From positions 25,420,001 to 25,484,000 of the forward strand of contig OX442314.1 of assembly GCA_949358305.1 (NCBI GenBank): a stretch of 64,000 nucleotides of DNA, written 5' to 3'. The notes below the pieces were generated by a model. That model was not told the origin of the DNA, made no database searches, and saw only the letters and a program-made list of their open reading frames with translations. This DNA comes from Strigamia acuminata (taxonomy: Eukaryota). The stretch's first letter is position 1, and every line of letters starts with the position of its first letter. Below are positions 14,543 through 27,570 of the stretch, one piece after another. The position numbers and the translations under genes were made by a program.

Positions 14543-15212
14543 AGGTTCATTTGGAAAGTCATTTAGCTTTTAACCGGTCTAAATGCAGATTTGAGACAGT
14601 CATTTAAATAAAGTAAAGTGGTTTAAAAGCTGTTTGAATGGAAAACATTTAAACTGCCAAAAAAAAAAAAAAACTGCTGTTTAACTTGTTTAAGCTTTGT
14701 ACATTGGATTGTAAGCAGGTTGGATTGAATCGGATATTCTAAAAGTCCGATCCAATCCAAAAAATTTCGGATGGATTAACCAATTATCCAATCTTATCCT
14801 CATTCAATTCAAACCGAGTGCGGATTGCGAATAGCATTGAGGTCCAAACGTCTCAAACTGATGAATTAAGTGCAAAAATGACCAAAAACTGATGAATTAA
14901 GTGCAAAAATGACCAACAACTGATGAATTAAGTGCAAAAATGACCAAAAACTGATGAATTAAGTGCAAAAATGACCAACAACTGATGAATTAAGTGCAAA
15001 AATGACCAAAAACTGATGAATTAAGCGCAGAAATGACCAAAAAAGTTGAATTAAGTGCAAAACTGACAACATTTCAACAACAAAACATGTTTAACTGAAT
15101 TCCAAGCATTAATTCAAGCACTTCTAAATTTATTGCAGTTAAACATTCTTTAAACAACTTTTGTTGTTCAAATACCCGTCTAAAAAATGCACCTAGACTG
15201 GTTTAAAGCAGA
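14543..15212. mobile_element. Composite: long-TIR MITE remnant hosting part of a hAT element with a 31-bp array
   Basis: Arms GCTTTTAACCGGTCTAAATGCAG (about 14567) and ATGCACCTAGACTGGTTTAAAGC (about 15190) are inverted. The interior 14700-15070 matches the 33230-33854 family in opposite orientation. Boundaries are approximate. Confidence 0.55.
14856..15067. repeat. 31-bp minisatellite, 6 copies plus 1 degenerate
   Basis: Unit AACTGATGAATTAAGTGCAAAAATGACCAAA. Confidence 0.95.
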
Positions 15213-17870
15213 TAAAGTAGACTATCTACTTTAGTGTTAACTTCTTTTGTACAATTTTTATTTTTTTTACGTCCTATTCAAATGACTTTCATCAATTCAC
15301 AAGATCCGCTCAAATTACACACATGAAGCAAACTATTAGACGTACTTAATCCAATCCCTTAAATCAGCCAAAGCAATTTTTTCCCCTTAAACAAGTGAGA
15401 AAACGAGTTCAAGTAGCTACTCTGTAAAACACCTTAAAGGCGCGATAATAATGGCAAATAAAAAGGCTCTTAAACTCCAAATCAGTAGAAATTAAACTGC
15501 CTTTAAAGGTTCTAATCAAGTAGAAGCCATCCTTAAAAATTCCCCATCAAAACCTATTTAATATATAGTTTAATTTTTTGTCTCTTTTAATCTTTCTTTT
15601 TTAATCATACACAAAAGGTGGCAATCATTTTTAAGCCTATTTTCTGCTTCGCCTTCTCCTTATCCCAACGACTACCCTGGAAGGGATGAGACGCGAGGCG
15701 CAAATCGTGGACTCTAATGGATAGTAGAATGCGTTTAATGATAGTAATCTAGCAACACCTTCCTATGTTTTAACGGACTGCTTCTTGCCGCCATCTTAAT
15801 GGCGGATTCCAATCAAATCCTTTGATCAGCATGAAAATGAGAGGTTTGTTCTATCGTTTCAAATCATCTTTTCAAAACCATAAATTATGATACAGATTAA
15901 AACACAACTTGACACCAATCAATAACATTTTTTTACGCTCTTTTCCCAGCATACACTTGGTCAAACCCTTTATCACCACAATGATTACTTATAAAGAATT
16001 TCATTGCGCAGTAGTCGAATATCATCATTAAAAATTAATCAACTTTTTATTAGTAAATAAAAAGGCTAAAACCAGCCGGATAGCAACGTTAACATTAAAA
16101 AACTATTTTTCATTCAAGTAAAAATGTTACCGATACGTATCATTACAAGGACGGCCACCTTTTTGTAATAATTTAATTTTCATCAGACACAGAATTTTTA
16201 TATTTTACACATACATAAATAAGGTTAAAACAAAATTACACAACAAATTTCACAACAATCTAACAATTAGTTCTAAAGTTACGTGCGTTTTTGTGAATTA
16301 GTCACAGACTGTAAGTTAGTTCGCGTGTCTAGCACTGTATGCCAGCTGTTGCACTTTTCAAAAAATAAAAATCTTGTTTAATATGTACCTTTATTAATTT
16401 CTAATAAAAAAAATTAATACAACTCGATTAAAAAGATTTTCTTCAATCAGAATTAACAATTTTTCCACCAATCTAAACAATCTTTCTAATTTGAACCACC
16501 AAAAGCGTTTAGTTCATTAATGTTGCCTTCAAAACAAATCCCCAAAACCTTGATTTAAATCAACCTTGCTGATTAAATCATTTACCACATGCTGACTAAA
16601 TCCCACTTCACTTATTTATGCTCTGTTTGCACAACACTTGTACCTGCATCAATCCCACCTCAGTGTCAAATCACTAATTAACATTCAACTCTTGGTGTTT
16701 CTTATCAATTCCCAGACATTTGCCAGCACAACATTAATGGCACTACAAGGCATCTCACATTCTCACCTCTATTAACGAGATATTAACTCGATATCAATAG
16801 CAAAACGAGGCCAGCAGTCGCCCATTTAGTCAGGGACACCCTACTGGCAACCTTCATTTCTCATGACATCTCCATGACAACTACTTGCACCTGATGTTCA
16901 AAACACACCGAAAAACCACTCCCATCACCCACATACAAACACGTGGAAGTCACTCACAGCTAAATCAAAACCCACATCACATAAAATGCCGCCATTAAGC
17001 AAAAACTTGAGGAAAAACACACAAGTATAAACACCAGCATCCTGCAGCAGCCGTGATCCATTTCCTTGAGGTATACTTACGCTTTAAAATGTGTAATCTC
17101 GTGCTGGCCTAAAACGCTGGCACAAAACGCTGCAAATACTCCTTTAGCCAGTTGTCACGTTAAGTGCCAGGTTTCACTCACAGTTACAGCTTGATTTGTC
17201 CAACAGCTATCGAAATGAAAGGTTTTATCAACACGAAATGGAGATTTCCTATTAGATTTTTGTTTGCTTTTCAAACGTCCACTGTTATTTTCGTCGAGTG
17301 AATTATAAGCATTTATTCGATGCGGGTAGAAATCACGCCCGCATTTGGTGCACCAACTTATTACGATTGTATATGGCTTGAAATTGAAGCGAGAGCTCAT
17401 CAATCGTGTTTGTGGCGAAATAGGTTCAAGTACAAGTAAACCAGTTTCTATATATCAGGATTAATACTGACATAAGCTTGATATCACAACAGATTAAAAG
17501 AGCCACTTGAGACCTTTAAATCTGTGTTAATACGTTGTCGTAATGGATTTTCTTTATTCAAATTCCATGTTGGCTACATATTTCCTAGTTGCACGTCGTA
17601 AACATGACAAAATATTGGATTACGGATGTTTAGGAGCTAAGACCTTGACAACAATTTTGTTGAAAGCAACCAAACTCATATGAAAAATGCCATTTATGTG
17701 ACACACATAGCTAACAGCAGGTAGCTACATTGTACAACCAAGATCGTGTGTACGGATTTTTAGCAGTGAGAACACAGCTGAAAATATCTTGAGTGCTCAC
17801 ATATACGCATCTGGTCTTTCGTGTAAAAGGACAGTTAAGTGAGTTTTCTTCGATAGTGGAGGTTACCGTC

Positions 17871-18291
17871 TATACTCGAGTTGCACTCAAAAAGGCACCT
17901 CACAACGTGTACTCCCATTGGTCGAGCCAGTTTACTGGTGTAGTGATCCGAAAAAATAGACCCAAACACCAAAATTGCATTACAATGTACAGACATTGTA
18001 ATCGATTGCCTAGGCAACGGCCTAAAATTCAAACTTCCAGACGATGTAAGCAATAAACACATTAAACATGAGTTTGACATTTTTTAATGTGTAAAACTTC
18101 ATTTTAATGATGGAAATAAGATTTTTTATTAAATAAAATCAAAATAACATTAACTAAACTAGTCATAACAATCACATCAATAAATAAAAATCAAAACTAC
18201 TTCTCCTAGTAGTAGTATACAGTCTGGAGTTAGTAGTAAACTGGCTCGACCAATGGGACTGAGGTGCCTTTTTGAGTGCAACTCGAGTATA
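17871..18291. mobile_element. MITE with about 57-bp TIRs, TATA-flanked
   Basis: TATACTCGAGTTGCACTCAAAAAGGCACCTCA...TCCCATTGGTCGAGCCAGTTTACT is matched by its reverse complement at 18235-18291, apart from one short indel. Confidence 0.88.
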
Positions 18292-19939
18292 CAACAGCGT
18301 TTCTCTGATGGGGCGCAACGGTGTTCAATCACTTTATTATTGCCAATTCCAATTCCAACTTACTGCCTGTAATTGGTTGCAATACACCGCGTGCATTGTA
18401 ATGCATTTTGAAATGCATCTGGTTTCACGAGATTGCATTTTGTAATGCGTTCCCAAGACTATTCTTTCTCAAATATGGATGCATTTGGAATGCATTACAA
18501 TATATTGTACAATATATTTTCGAATCATCCGGGGACTTAAGTATTATGTGGACACTTCCTCGATTCTTCACTATTTACAAGTGAAGCCAACACCCAAAAC
18601 CGTTGTAACCGCTAAAACGATAATTTTTACCTGGAGCAGAACCGTATATGTACATCCAAGTCCATTGAGTCAGGTGTGTACCCACCGGGTGTTTAGGGTG
18701 TGCAAGAAACACGGATGGTGCAAAATTAAGGGCACACAAGATCGGCAATAAAATTTTCTAACATGTAATTTTGCGACACTATTACCTCTTTAACTTAGAT
18801 GGGGAAGACAAATCAATAATTAGGATAAATAAAATAGGTAAATTCATTCTCTTTGATTATTTTCCCACTTTTGAATTTATAAACAGTGCCGGAAGAATGA
18901 CCACAGGCATGCATTGAGCAACCAACCACTTATGAAAGAATGTCTGATGTTAATTGTGTTTATTCACAAGTTAATTACGTTTCAGTAAGAAAAAAAAACA
19001 ACTCCAACCTGCAATAAATATCTTCAGGAGTTCCTACTGTGTATTACTTACGAAAATGGTGATAAACAGTCTGTCAAATGTATGATTTTTGCTTTTTATC
19101 CTATTCATGACACAGCATATCTTGTTAAGACAGATTGTCAGTGAAGGTTTCTGATATTCTCCTAAGCCATATACAATTATCCGAAAAGAGGTCCCCAAAG
19201 GGTTAAACACCATCATTCATCACTTAATCTTCAACTGACAGCACACCGTGCAGTCAAAAGTATTTGCCCAAACTTCCAACAAGGACTCTGCAGAAGGACA
19301 AAGAAATAAAGAAAAATAATCCTTACTTTTATTGCTATTCAGTCCGAGTCTCACGGAATGAATATAAACTCGATCCTTCCCCTTTACGCCCCAACAAAAA
19401 TCCATCAACCTGTCCTCATAAACCCACCTCCAATAATTGCAAAATTACCTCCAAAAGGTAATTAACCAGATAACATCCATGGCGATATTTAAAAACACAC
19501 AATTACTGAGTAAATCAAATGTAACCTAACTTACACTGGCAATGCAATCAAACTAGATTTAATGGACATTATAATTACTAGCTAGCAGACAGCTTAAATA
19601 ACAACGGTCGAAGCGCTATAACATTTCGCAGCCTGTAGGTACTAAACTTATGCCAGTTACTAATCATTAGCTGTGAAATATGTTGTGTTATGGGTCACAA
19701 ACCAGTTGTATTTTAGCAAGAATAAAGGAAAGAGTTTAAAGTGTTCAAGGTTTTGCCATCAGGCCTTGATGTGTTAAGAAAGAGTTGACCAACTTGAACT
19801 TAAGGTCAATGCATAAAAATGATACGAAGTCATTATCAACACATTTCTTTTTGTGCATTACACGTGACACATTTGCTAAATGATGGTTGTAAAACGAGAA
19901 AAACATAGAGCGGACTTACGAGGAAGAAAGGGAACCAGG

Positions 19940-20110
19940 TCAACAAAGTAGACAATACTGAAACAAGTGCCTCCGAAAGTGGTTTTTGGCCAATTATGGC
20001 GGTGTGTGGAATGATACTTTTCTTGAACAAATGCGAGTTATTATGTGATAGCGATTTGTGAATAGAGCCACTATGAAATATTTCGCGGTAAGTGGTAGTA
20101 GACAAAGACA
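19940..20110 (-). mobile_element. Possible decayed 3' end of a non-LTR retrotransposon ORF2
   Basis: The translation SHLFKKSIIPHTAI...LSEALVS resembles the C-terminal F..SF.P.T...WN.L motif of CR1/L2-type ORF2, with the Trp codon available after a 1-nt frameshift. Weak, by-eye similarity. Confidence 0.25.
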
Positions 20111-20194
20111 TTACAATCGTACTACTGGAAGTTAATGTATACGTTCAAAAGAAAAAAAGGAAAAGGCGCTTCACCTTTTATTCCCATAAGGTTC

Positions 20195-20322
20195 ATAAAA
20201 ATCGATCAAAAAGCCGATAAAAATCGATTGAAAAGCCGATAAAAATCAATTAAAAAGCCGATAAAAATCGATTAAAAAACCGATAAAAATCGATTAAATA
20301 GCCGATAAATATAGATTAAAAG
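20195..20322. repeat. 22-bp minisatellite, about 6 copies
   Basis: Unit ATAAAAATCGATTAAAAAGCCG. Confidence 0.9.
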
Positions 20323-20485
20323 CATGCAAAAATGTGTTACAAAAAGCATTCTTGTAAACCCAATGCATTTCAAAACACTCATTTAAATATATTTCAATGT
20401 ATTTTTGAACCATATGGTTTATTGATTTCACCGTCAAAAGCACAACAGGTGTGTTCAAATTGGTTAAATTGAGACTATAAATTCC

Positions 20486-20625
20486 GTGGGATTTATTTCC
20501 ACATGTTTTATTTCTGCGAGATTTATTTCTACAAGATTTATTTCTACCGCGTTTATTTCAACGAGCTTTCTTTCCCTAATGGGATTTATAACCACAAGGG
20601 ATTCCACAGGATTTAGCAAGATTCG
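20486..20625. repeat. Degenerate 15-bp array, inverted relative to 22496-22683
   Basis: Unit approximately GGGATTTATTTCTAC. Confidence 0.7.
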
Positions 20626-22495
20626 TCTGTTGGGTTTTGTTATTTCATGTAAATTATTATTTTCTTAAAAATCATCAAAAAATTCCTATTTGATACAATC
20701 TTAACCTAACCACTCAACAGAAAAATGTTGAAAAACATTTTTTTTTAAGAAAAGAAGGAAAACCAGACCTGGGTAAGCTGATCACTGACATAACAACTCC
20801 TTGAGAATAAAAAAAAGAAAAGAAAAAAAAACTTGCAACAGTATAACAACTATTCTTGTCTAAACTCAGGTGTAGTCTATCTTTTGCAAAGAAAACCAGC
20901 GTGAAATCCAATCAACTCATGCCTCACATATTTCATTGAAAAAACCAAGAGAAAAAGGTGATAAGAGCCAACAAGTTATCACTCTTCAATCTTCATCTTC
21001 AAACCAAACCATTTTATCAGTATATACCTAAAAAAAAAAAACATTATTTATATATATACACTGTACATATACACATAAATCCATCATTCCGTTTCATATC
21101 TCCCCCTCCTTTTACTAACACCTAGAAGGGTGTAGATGATAAACGAACAACACTTTAAAACTGACAGAAAATTTTCCAAATAATTATACCTTACACCAAT
21201 AGACTATTGCCTCAAAACTATTGGATAATTGCAACTAAATGACTTCAATAAAGCTGTGCCTCATAAAACTAAAAATCCCCTCTAATTTCCTCAAACTTCG
21301 CACATCAATTCCACAATTAACACTTTTTAAAATGGCAGCATTTGATATTTAGGGTGTGGGGTTAGATATAAATTACCAAGGTGTGATATAAAGATCTAAT
21401 AAAATGATTATAAGTTTAATGAAAATAATTTCCAAAAAAAAAATATATCAGTGGCAACAACCTTTGATTTTTTACATGTATTTTTTTTTCTACATGATTT
21501 GGTTAATTGAGAAATTTTTACAATGTCAATAAATTCCAACTTTTTATTTATTTTATTTATTTTTTTTTTATTGAGATTTGAGACAAAGAGAAAAGAAAAG
21601 ACGAAAAAAAAATTAAAACATAATTAGTGTGGAAAATCGCAATATGTAGCAATGATAAAATGATCCAAGCGCGATATAAATGGCAGGAGCAAAAGTTGTG
21701 GTGTCATCCTCCGCAAATTACACCCGTGACCAAAACGCCATGTAATAAGTGTTTTGCGTTGTGCGGCCTTAATGAAAGGCCAAAATGTGCACTAATAAGT
21801 CTAGGACGGCAGCATTTTACACCCATTCGCCCTGATAACTAGTTATTTTTTTCATTCCTCCCAAAAATAACACCAAAAAATGTCACCCAAATTGCATTCA
21901 TTTCTCCTTAATCACCCGAATCACAAAACCATTCCAGAAAAATTTATTACATCATTTATAGAAATTAAATTCCGATATATTTTTAATTTTTAAATAAATG
22001 AAAATCTTCTCTCCAATTCTTATCAACAGATTAATTCTGGAGTGCCACCACACTCGTGCTACTGTTCAGACGCCTCTGAAAAGACTTTCTCTTATCTATT
22101 GTGCTTTTAGCCAATATTCCAGCATTGCACGAGGGTGTACGGTACAGTGGCGAAGAGGGGTGTCGCGCAGCGAGCGAGCGATAGAGAGAATTGAGTTGCC
22201 CAACAGGTGGTGGTGAAGTTATTGTCATGAACAAGAGCCGCTGCACACGCATGCAACCCGGGTTGAAAAGTACAGTAATTTCAACTGCGATTCAATCAAT
22301 ATACACCTTCATTCGACCCCACCCCGATTTCCAACACCTGCTTTTTTATACATTTTATAACCAAAAATTATGGACAATTCCACAGACCACTCGCGTCACT
22401 CAATATCGCCATTTTACGCGTCAATTCTGAAAAATTTAAAATTTAAAATCTACTACAGTAGTCAACCTCGCAGATTGCATGGAATATTTATTAAA

Positions 22496-22683
22496 AGAAA
22501 TAAATCCTGTAGAAATAAATCCCATAAAAATAAATCCCATAAAAATAAATCCCATAAAAATAAATCCCATGGAAATAAATCCCGTAGAAAAATATCCCAT
22601 AGAAATAAATCCCGTAGAAATAAACCCCGTAGAAATAAATCCCATGGAAATAAATCCTATACAAATAAATCCCATAGAAATAA
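22496..22683. repeat. 15-bp minisatellite, 12 copies plus a partial copy
   Basis: Unit AGAAATAAATCCC(A/G)T. Explains the repetitive ORFs at 22370-23026. Confidence 0.95.
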
Positions 22684-23384
22684 TAATAATAAATTTTTGG
22701 TTGTAGACTATTTTCGAAATATGGAAAAATACTCGAGAAGTAAAACAATCCACCGCAGATCGTTTTGTGCAGTGAAGCTCAAGGGGCAGCAGATAGACGA
22801 TGTTTGACGTATGAACAATGATCAAATCCACCAGTTGATAATCAATAGAAAAGTATAAACCGAAAGCCAGATGGCTCGGTTTGTTGTGCAAGACGAGACT
22901 GTATTTTGTTTCCTTGGCAACGCGTCCCTTGACTACAGTGCAGCGCGGCGCACGCGCCAATGCCATTGCACTCAGCGTTGCAATGTGAGGACACGCGGCA
23001 GCCACGCGAGCCTCCCTCTTCTTCATCTCCCAACCTCCTACTCTTTCTATTTACCCTCGACGAGATCGGATGGAGGGGAGAGTGAAATCCCCCATTCAAG
23101 CCACCACATCTGCTTGGGGACACTATTTCGGGAGTCCTTGGCTATGGGTATGGGTAGGGGTATAGGTAGGGGTGGATTTTAACGGAGTAAAAAGGGAAGG
23201 AGGGATCTAAACATGGGGTGAATGCCACTTCACATATATGTAACCATTTTTACTATTTTTTTTATAATAATGTTAGTAATATGTCGGGAAAAATTTATTT
23301 TTCTTAATATTACAAAATTTTCATACAGAAATAAAATCTAGGAAATGTCGTAAAAAATACTATTTATAATAATAGTTCAAAGGA

Positions 23385-23783
23385 CCATAAATGCTCTAAT
23401 TGAACGCGGGTGTTCTATTTGCAAAACCTAGATTTTTTTACCTACGGTAAATTTTTTTGGATTCCTGATGGGTTTTGACATTTATTTTAGTCGTTTTGTT
23501 CAATTTTTAAATTTATTTTAGTCGTTTTGTTCAATTTTTAAATGTATTTTAGTCGTTTTGTTCAATTTTAAATTTTATTTTAGTCGTTTTGTTCAATTTT
23601 TAAATGTATTTTAGTCGTTTTGTTCAATTTTTAAATGTATTTTAGTCGTTTTGTTCAATTTTTAAATGTATTTTAGTCGTTTTGTTCAATTTTTAAATGT
23701 ATGTTAGTCGTTTTGTTCAATTTAGATATTGAATTCAGCCGTTTTGGTTAATTTAAACCCGCGTTCTATTAGAGCATTTACAA
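23385..23783. mobile_element. pogo-type (CCGTA-like ends) MITE with an internal 31-bp array (8 copies, 23478-23725)
   Basis: TIR TAAATGCTCTAATTGAACGCGGG / CCCGCGTTCTATTAGAGCATTTA (1 mismatch). Array unit TATTTTAGTCGTTTTGTTCAATTTTTAAATG. Confidence 0.85.
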
Positions 23784-24791
23784 TAATTATCCTAAAACAA
23801 ACAATTTTTATTTTATTTTATTTTACTTTTAAAAAAAAAATCCCAATAATCTAAAGCGCAATAAATCTCGCAAGATTTTTATCACCATCATCAAATACAA
23901 CAACAAATCGGTGTAAAAAATTAAAAAATAAAACACCCAACATTTAATGATTGATTTATAGAAGCGGTGGGACATTCCTTGAGTGATGCACACCTCATCA
24001 CGAGACGTTTTTTATCACTTGCTTTCAACATCAAAAGCCGAAGAAAATAAGAAACCACAGAGAAAATCTGTTGGTAAACACCGGCACACACCCAATGTTG
24101 ACGCAACGAACCCCAGAACTGATAAACAACAGCAGCGACAAAAATTTGAAAATGGAAATAACTCAACAGTTTTAACGGTATAGCAACACTCTCGTAATTA
24201 GAAAGTGTGGAAGTAAGCGGCAATAAACCCTTTTTATCTCGTTTTATCCATTTCCGGTTTTATTATTCTCGTTGTGTGATGAGGAATTGAGGAAATATTA
24301 AAAGAAAAAAAAATCCCCTTGTCAACAAACACGCAGCGTCCCAGTGCAGGTGTGAGGACACGTGGTATAAGGCGACGCGTGTCTGTTTGATTTCTTTTTG
24401 CCGACACATGGATTATGATTAACGATGAGGTCACAGGGCCATGCGACAGACAGGTGATGGATTCACCTTGAAGGTGGATGCGAGCCGCCACTTGCAACTC
24501 TTTAATTTTTAAAGTTCATTTTTTGTTTGTTTTCAAACTTTTTTTTTTTTTTTTTTTTTTTTGTAAGTTAAATGAGGCAACTTTCATTTATAGAATGTTA
24601 AAATCGAACAGTTTTTAATTTCTATTTAGCCAAATTTTTAGCTAATTTTTTTTTTAGCCAAATACCAGAATATTTTGAATTTTTCAAATACTTGTAGCTA
24701 AAATTAGAAATGTCTCAAATATAAACAATAGTAAATTCTTTAAATACCAAAATTTACCAATTTTTTAATTACCATAGAGTTTAAAACTACT

Positions 24792-25041
24792 AAAAAATGT
24801 AAATTTGCCAACTACCAAAAATTGTAAATTTGCCAAATACCAAAAATTGTAAATTTGTCAAATACCAAAAATTGTAAATTTGCCAAATACCAAAAATTGT
24901 AAATTTGCCAAATACCAAAAATTGTAAATTTGCCAAATACCAAAAATTGTAAATTTGCCAAATACCAAAAATTGTAAATTTGCCAAATACCAAAAATTGT
25001 AAATTTGCCAAATACCAAAAATTGTAAATTTGCCAAATACC
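24792..25041. repeat. 25-bp minisatellite, 10 copies, with degenerate flanks at about 24650-25260
   Basis: Unit AAAAATTGTAAATTTGCCAAATACC. Confidence 0.95.
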
Positions 25042-26359
25042 AAAAAAAACCACCAAATACCAAAAATTACAAATTCTCCAAATTCCAAATACTTGTATAA
25101 CCAATTCTCCAAATACCAAAAGATTATCAATTTTCCAAATTCCAAAAACTACGAATTCTCCAAATACCCAAAATCACCAATTCTTTCAAAATCATCAAAT
25201 TCTGCAAACACCAAAAATTTTCAAAATTAATTTTCTAGATACCAAAACCTACCAAATCAGACCAAACTAACAAAATTTACCACAAATCTCACGACCCATC
25301 TGCCCATCCCCTCACAACCAACCATCACCACCAACTTCACTATTCCTCTTCTTCTCCTTTCTCCCATTAGAATTTAATAACAATTCCACCACACATTCAA
25401 AACAACACACTTCCGACCGATTGAATCCTCACAAACTGCCACACAAAACACTTGTATTCGATGGCCTTCAACTCCGACTTGACCTGAGCTTAAGCCGGAG
25501 CATGCGCACATGACTCAAACCCAATCCACAAGATAGTGACTCAAGAGGGGCCCCTGGCTACTTTTCGAGTTTCTTCAAAGTATCCGTGAACAGTTCCGTG
25601 AACGGTTTCGAATTACAGTGACTAATACTACGTGGGACGGATGTGTATCCAAACTACCAATGAGTATGTAAAAGTTGTCCCGTGAGAAAAGTGTTCAGAG
25701 AAAAAAAAAACGAAAAAATAAACATAAAAATAAAAAATAAATAAATAAAGAGAGCGAAATTTGCATCCTGCTCCAATTGACTTGACCAAGCAATTTTCTC
25801 CCAGCCCCGAGCCAAGCACGTTCACACAACAAACAAATGGACTAGTTAACTCCTCACTTCGAAAACCACATAAATTTTTCCCTGGCAAGCGCCCTATAAC
25901 ACACCGCCGCACAACACCTCCAATTAGCCCTTTTGACAGTCCTTCGTGGCCGTATTTCAACAATCAACGGCCAAAAACATTAAATTTGACAACATTTTAT
26001 CCGACCGACATCGAGTTCTCACCGCGGCAGCAACACCTCGAAACTCCGTCAAAAACAATTCAAAACTCCGTCAAAAAAATAAAAATCAATTTCCACTTAA
26101 AAATTGATAAAATTCCACGTCCCATCATCGAAAAACCCGCTTTTTTATTTATTTTGCGACGGTATTAAATGTGCAAAACCCAATTTTTAATAAATAAATA
26201 AAGCGAAAACACGTTGGAGATTGACAGGAACCAAGCCGTGCACCCGACCCTTAAGCCTAACTACGTGCAACCAACAAAAACGGCCCCGACTTAATGAAAC
26301 ATAATGACAGTGTGTGGGCGAAAATTTACCCCATACATCATTTACTCGTCTCCACCGAG

Positions 26360-26600
26360 TCCCGTGGGAGCAGAGGCAGAGAGAGATGCTCGCGAAACCA
26401 CCAATGCGCCCCATGGCGTGCGCTGCCAAATCCAGTTCCCACGCCACACCTGCGACTTCTCTCCCATCTAACGGACGAATCCCTAACTAAACCCGTGGCG
26501 CGTGTCTGCCAGTGTCTCGCGTGCCGCCCGCCACTTGGCCGAGGCGCCAACCACGCGCTGCTGCACGTCGAGGCTGCGCAACACTTGCCGTCGGCGCGCA
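26360..26600. promoter_or_regulatory. Candidate upstream enhancer: Su(H), proneural and Hairy/E(spl) motif cluster
   Basis: GC-rich island with TTCCCACG (=CGTGGGAA) at 26436-26443, CACCTGC (=GCAGGTG) at 26447-26453, and class C cores CACGCG/CGCGTG at 26499, 26518 and 26552. Confidence 0.55.
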
Positions 26601-26789
26601 CAAAACTTTTCCCAAAACTTTTTTCTCCACCTTCGGAAACTCTTTTTTCCACAAATCCAACACTCACGAATCTAAAGATACACTTAGCATTTTTTTTGTT
26701 TGTTTTTTTTTACATCTCATACTCACAATCTTCAAAGTCTCGCAACTACCTGACTTTGCTACCTGTTCCACATCACGAGTCAACAAATC

Positions 26790-26990
26790 CACCCAAAAAA
26801 ACCAAAAAAAAAAACCAATAAAAACCAAAAAATCAATCACTACAAAAATAAACCAAAAAACCAAAAAAAACCAAAAAACCAAAATACTCACCAAAAAAAC
26901 CAAAAAAACACAAAAAAAACAAAAAAAACACCAAAAAATCGCCAAAAACCAAAAAATAATCACCAAAAACCCCAAAAAAATCACCAGAAC
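26790..26990. repeat. Low-complexity A-tract/CC repeat
   Basis: Irregular (A5-8 CC)n runs with about 10-bp spacing. Confidence 0.8.
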
Positions 26991-27499
26991 CATTATTTAC
27001 TATCCCAAAACCTGACAAATACTTAAAAACTTGCAACACTATTCCCACATCTCCCCTCCCCAGTTTCCAAGACGATGGTTAAAGGTATAGAAATGGGGGT
27101 ATGCATTTCTTTGTGAGGGAAAAGTCCAACTCCCAAAGAGAGAGAGAGAGAGAGAAGAGAGGGGTTTGTATATACGTATACAAAAAAAAAAAAAAATAGA
27201 AGGGCCCCACACTCTTCATCATATGCTAATGATCCACGTGCTATCAACAATTCAATGCAGACAACCCACCAAACTCCTCTTTGACGAAACCAATTCCACC
27301 CCCACGTTTTCCCAAAAAACAAAAATTTAAAAAAACAAAAAAAAACAAAAAACAAAAAAAAGCGACAGAGTGAGTAGAAATTCGAGTGAAATAAATAAGG
27401 GGCAGACAAGGGTCACTTCGCTATAGCGAGGTTATAAGGGTTCGCAAAGTAATCTGGGAAAAGAGAAGGGACGTTGCATCGCTATTCGTATCGCGCTAG

Positions 27500-27570
27500 C
27501 ATCGCCTTCGGGCAGCCAGTCAGTTGTTTATTTAATATAGCGAGGCACGCGTTCACCTGGGTGAACATAC
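27500..27570 (+). promoter_or_regulatory. Candidate proximal promoter of ASH with a bHLH-repressor site
   Basis: TCAGTT (Inr-like) at 27520-27525, an AT-rich TATA-like stretch at 27527-27540, GGCACGCGTT (class C Hairy/E(spl)-type) at 27544-27553 and E-box CACCTG at 27554-27559, about 250 bp upstream of the ATG. The TSS is not determinable. Confidence 0.45.

Noticed and set aside
17155..17403. VSETW motif at the end of a minus-strand ORF
   Set aside because: An isolated 5-residue match with no other endonuclease motifs in nearby frames.
22370..23026. Overlapping ORFs with GFISM / EINP / NKSHR repeats
   Set aside because: These are translations of the 15-bp tandem array, open in several frames on both strands.
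24790..25145. Repetitive hydrophobic ORFs
   Set aside because: Translations of the 25-bp minisatellite.
26294..27048. ORFs of 109-175 aa upstream of ASH
   Set aside because: They run from a GC-rich regulatory island into A/C low-complexity sequence (poly-K or poly-F translations) and contain no recognisable domain.
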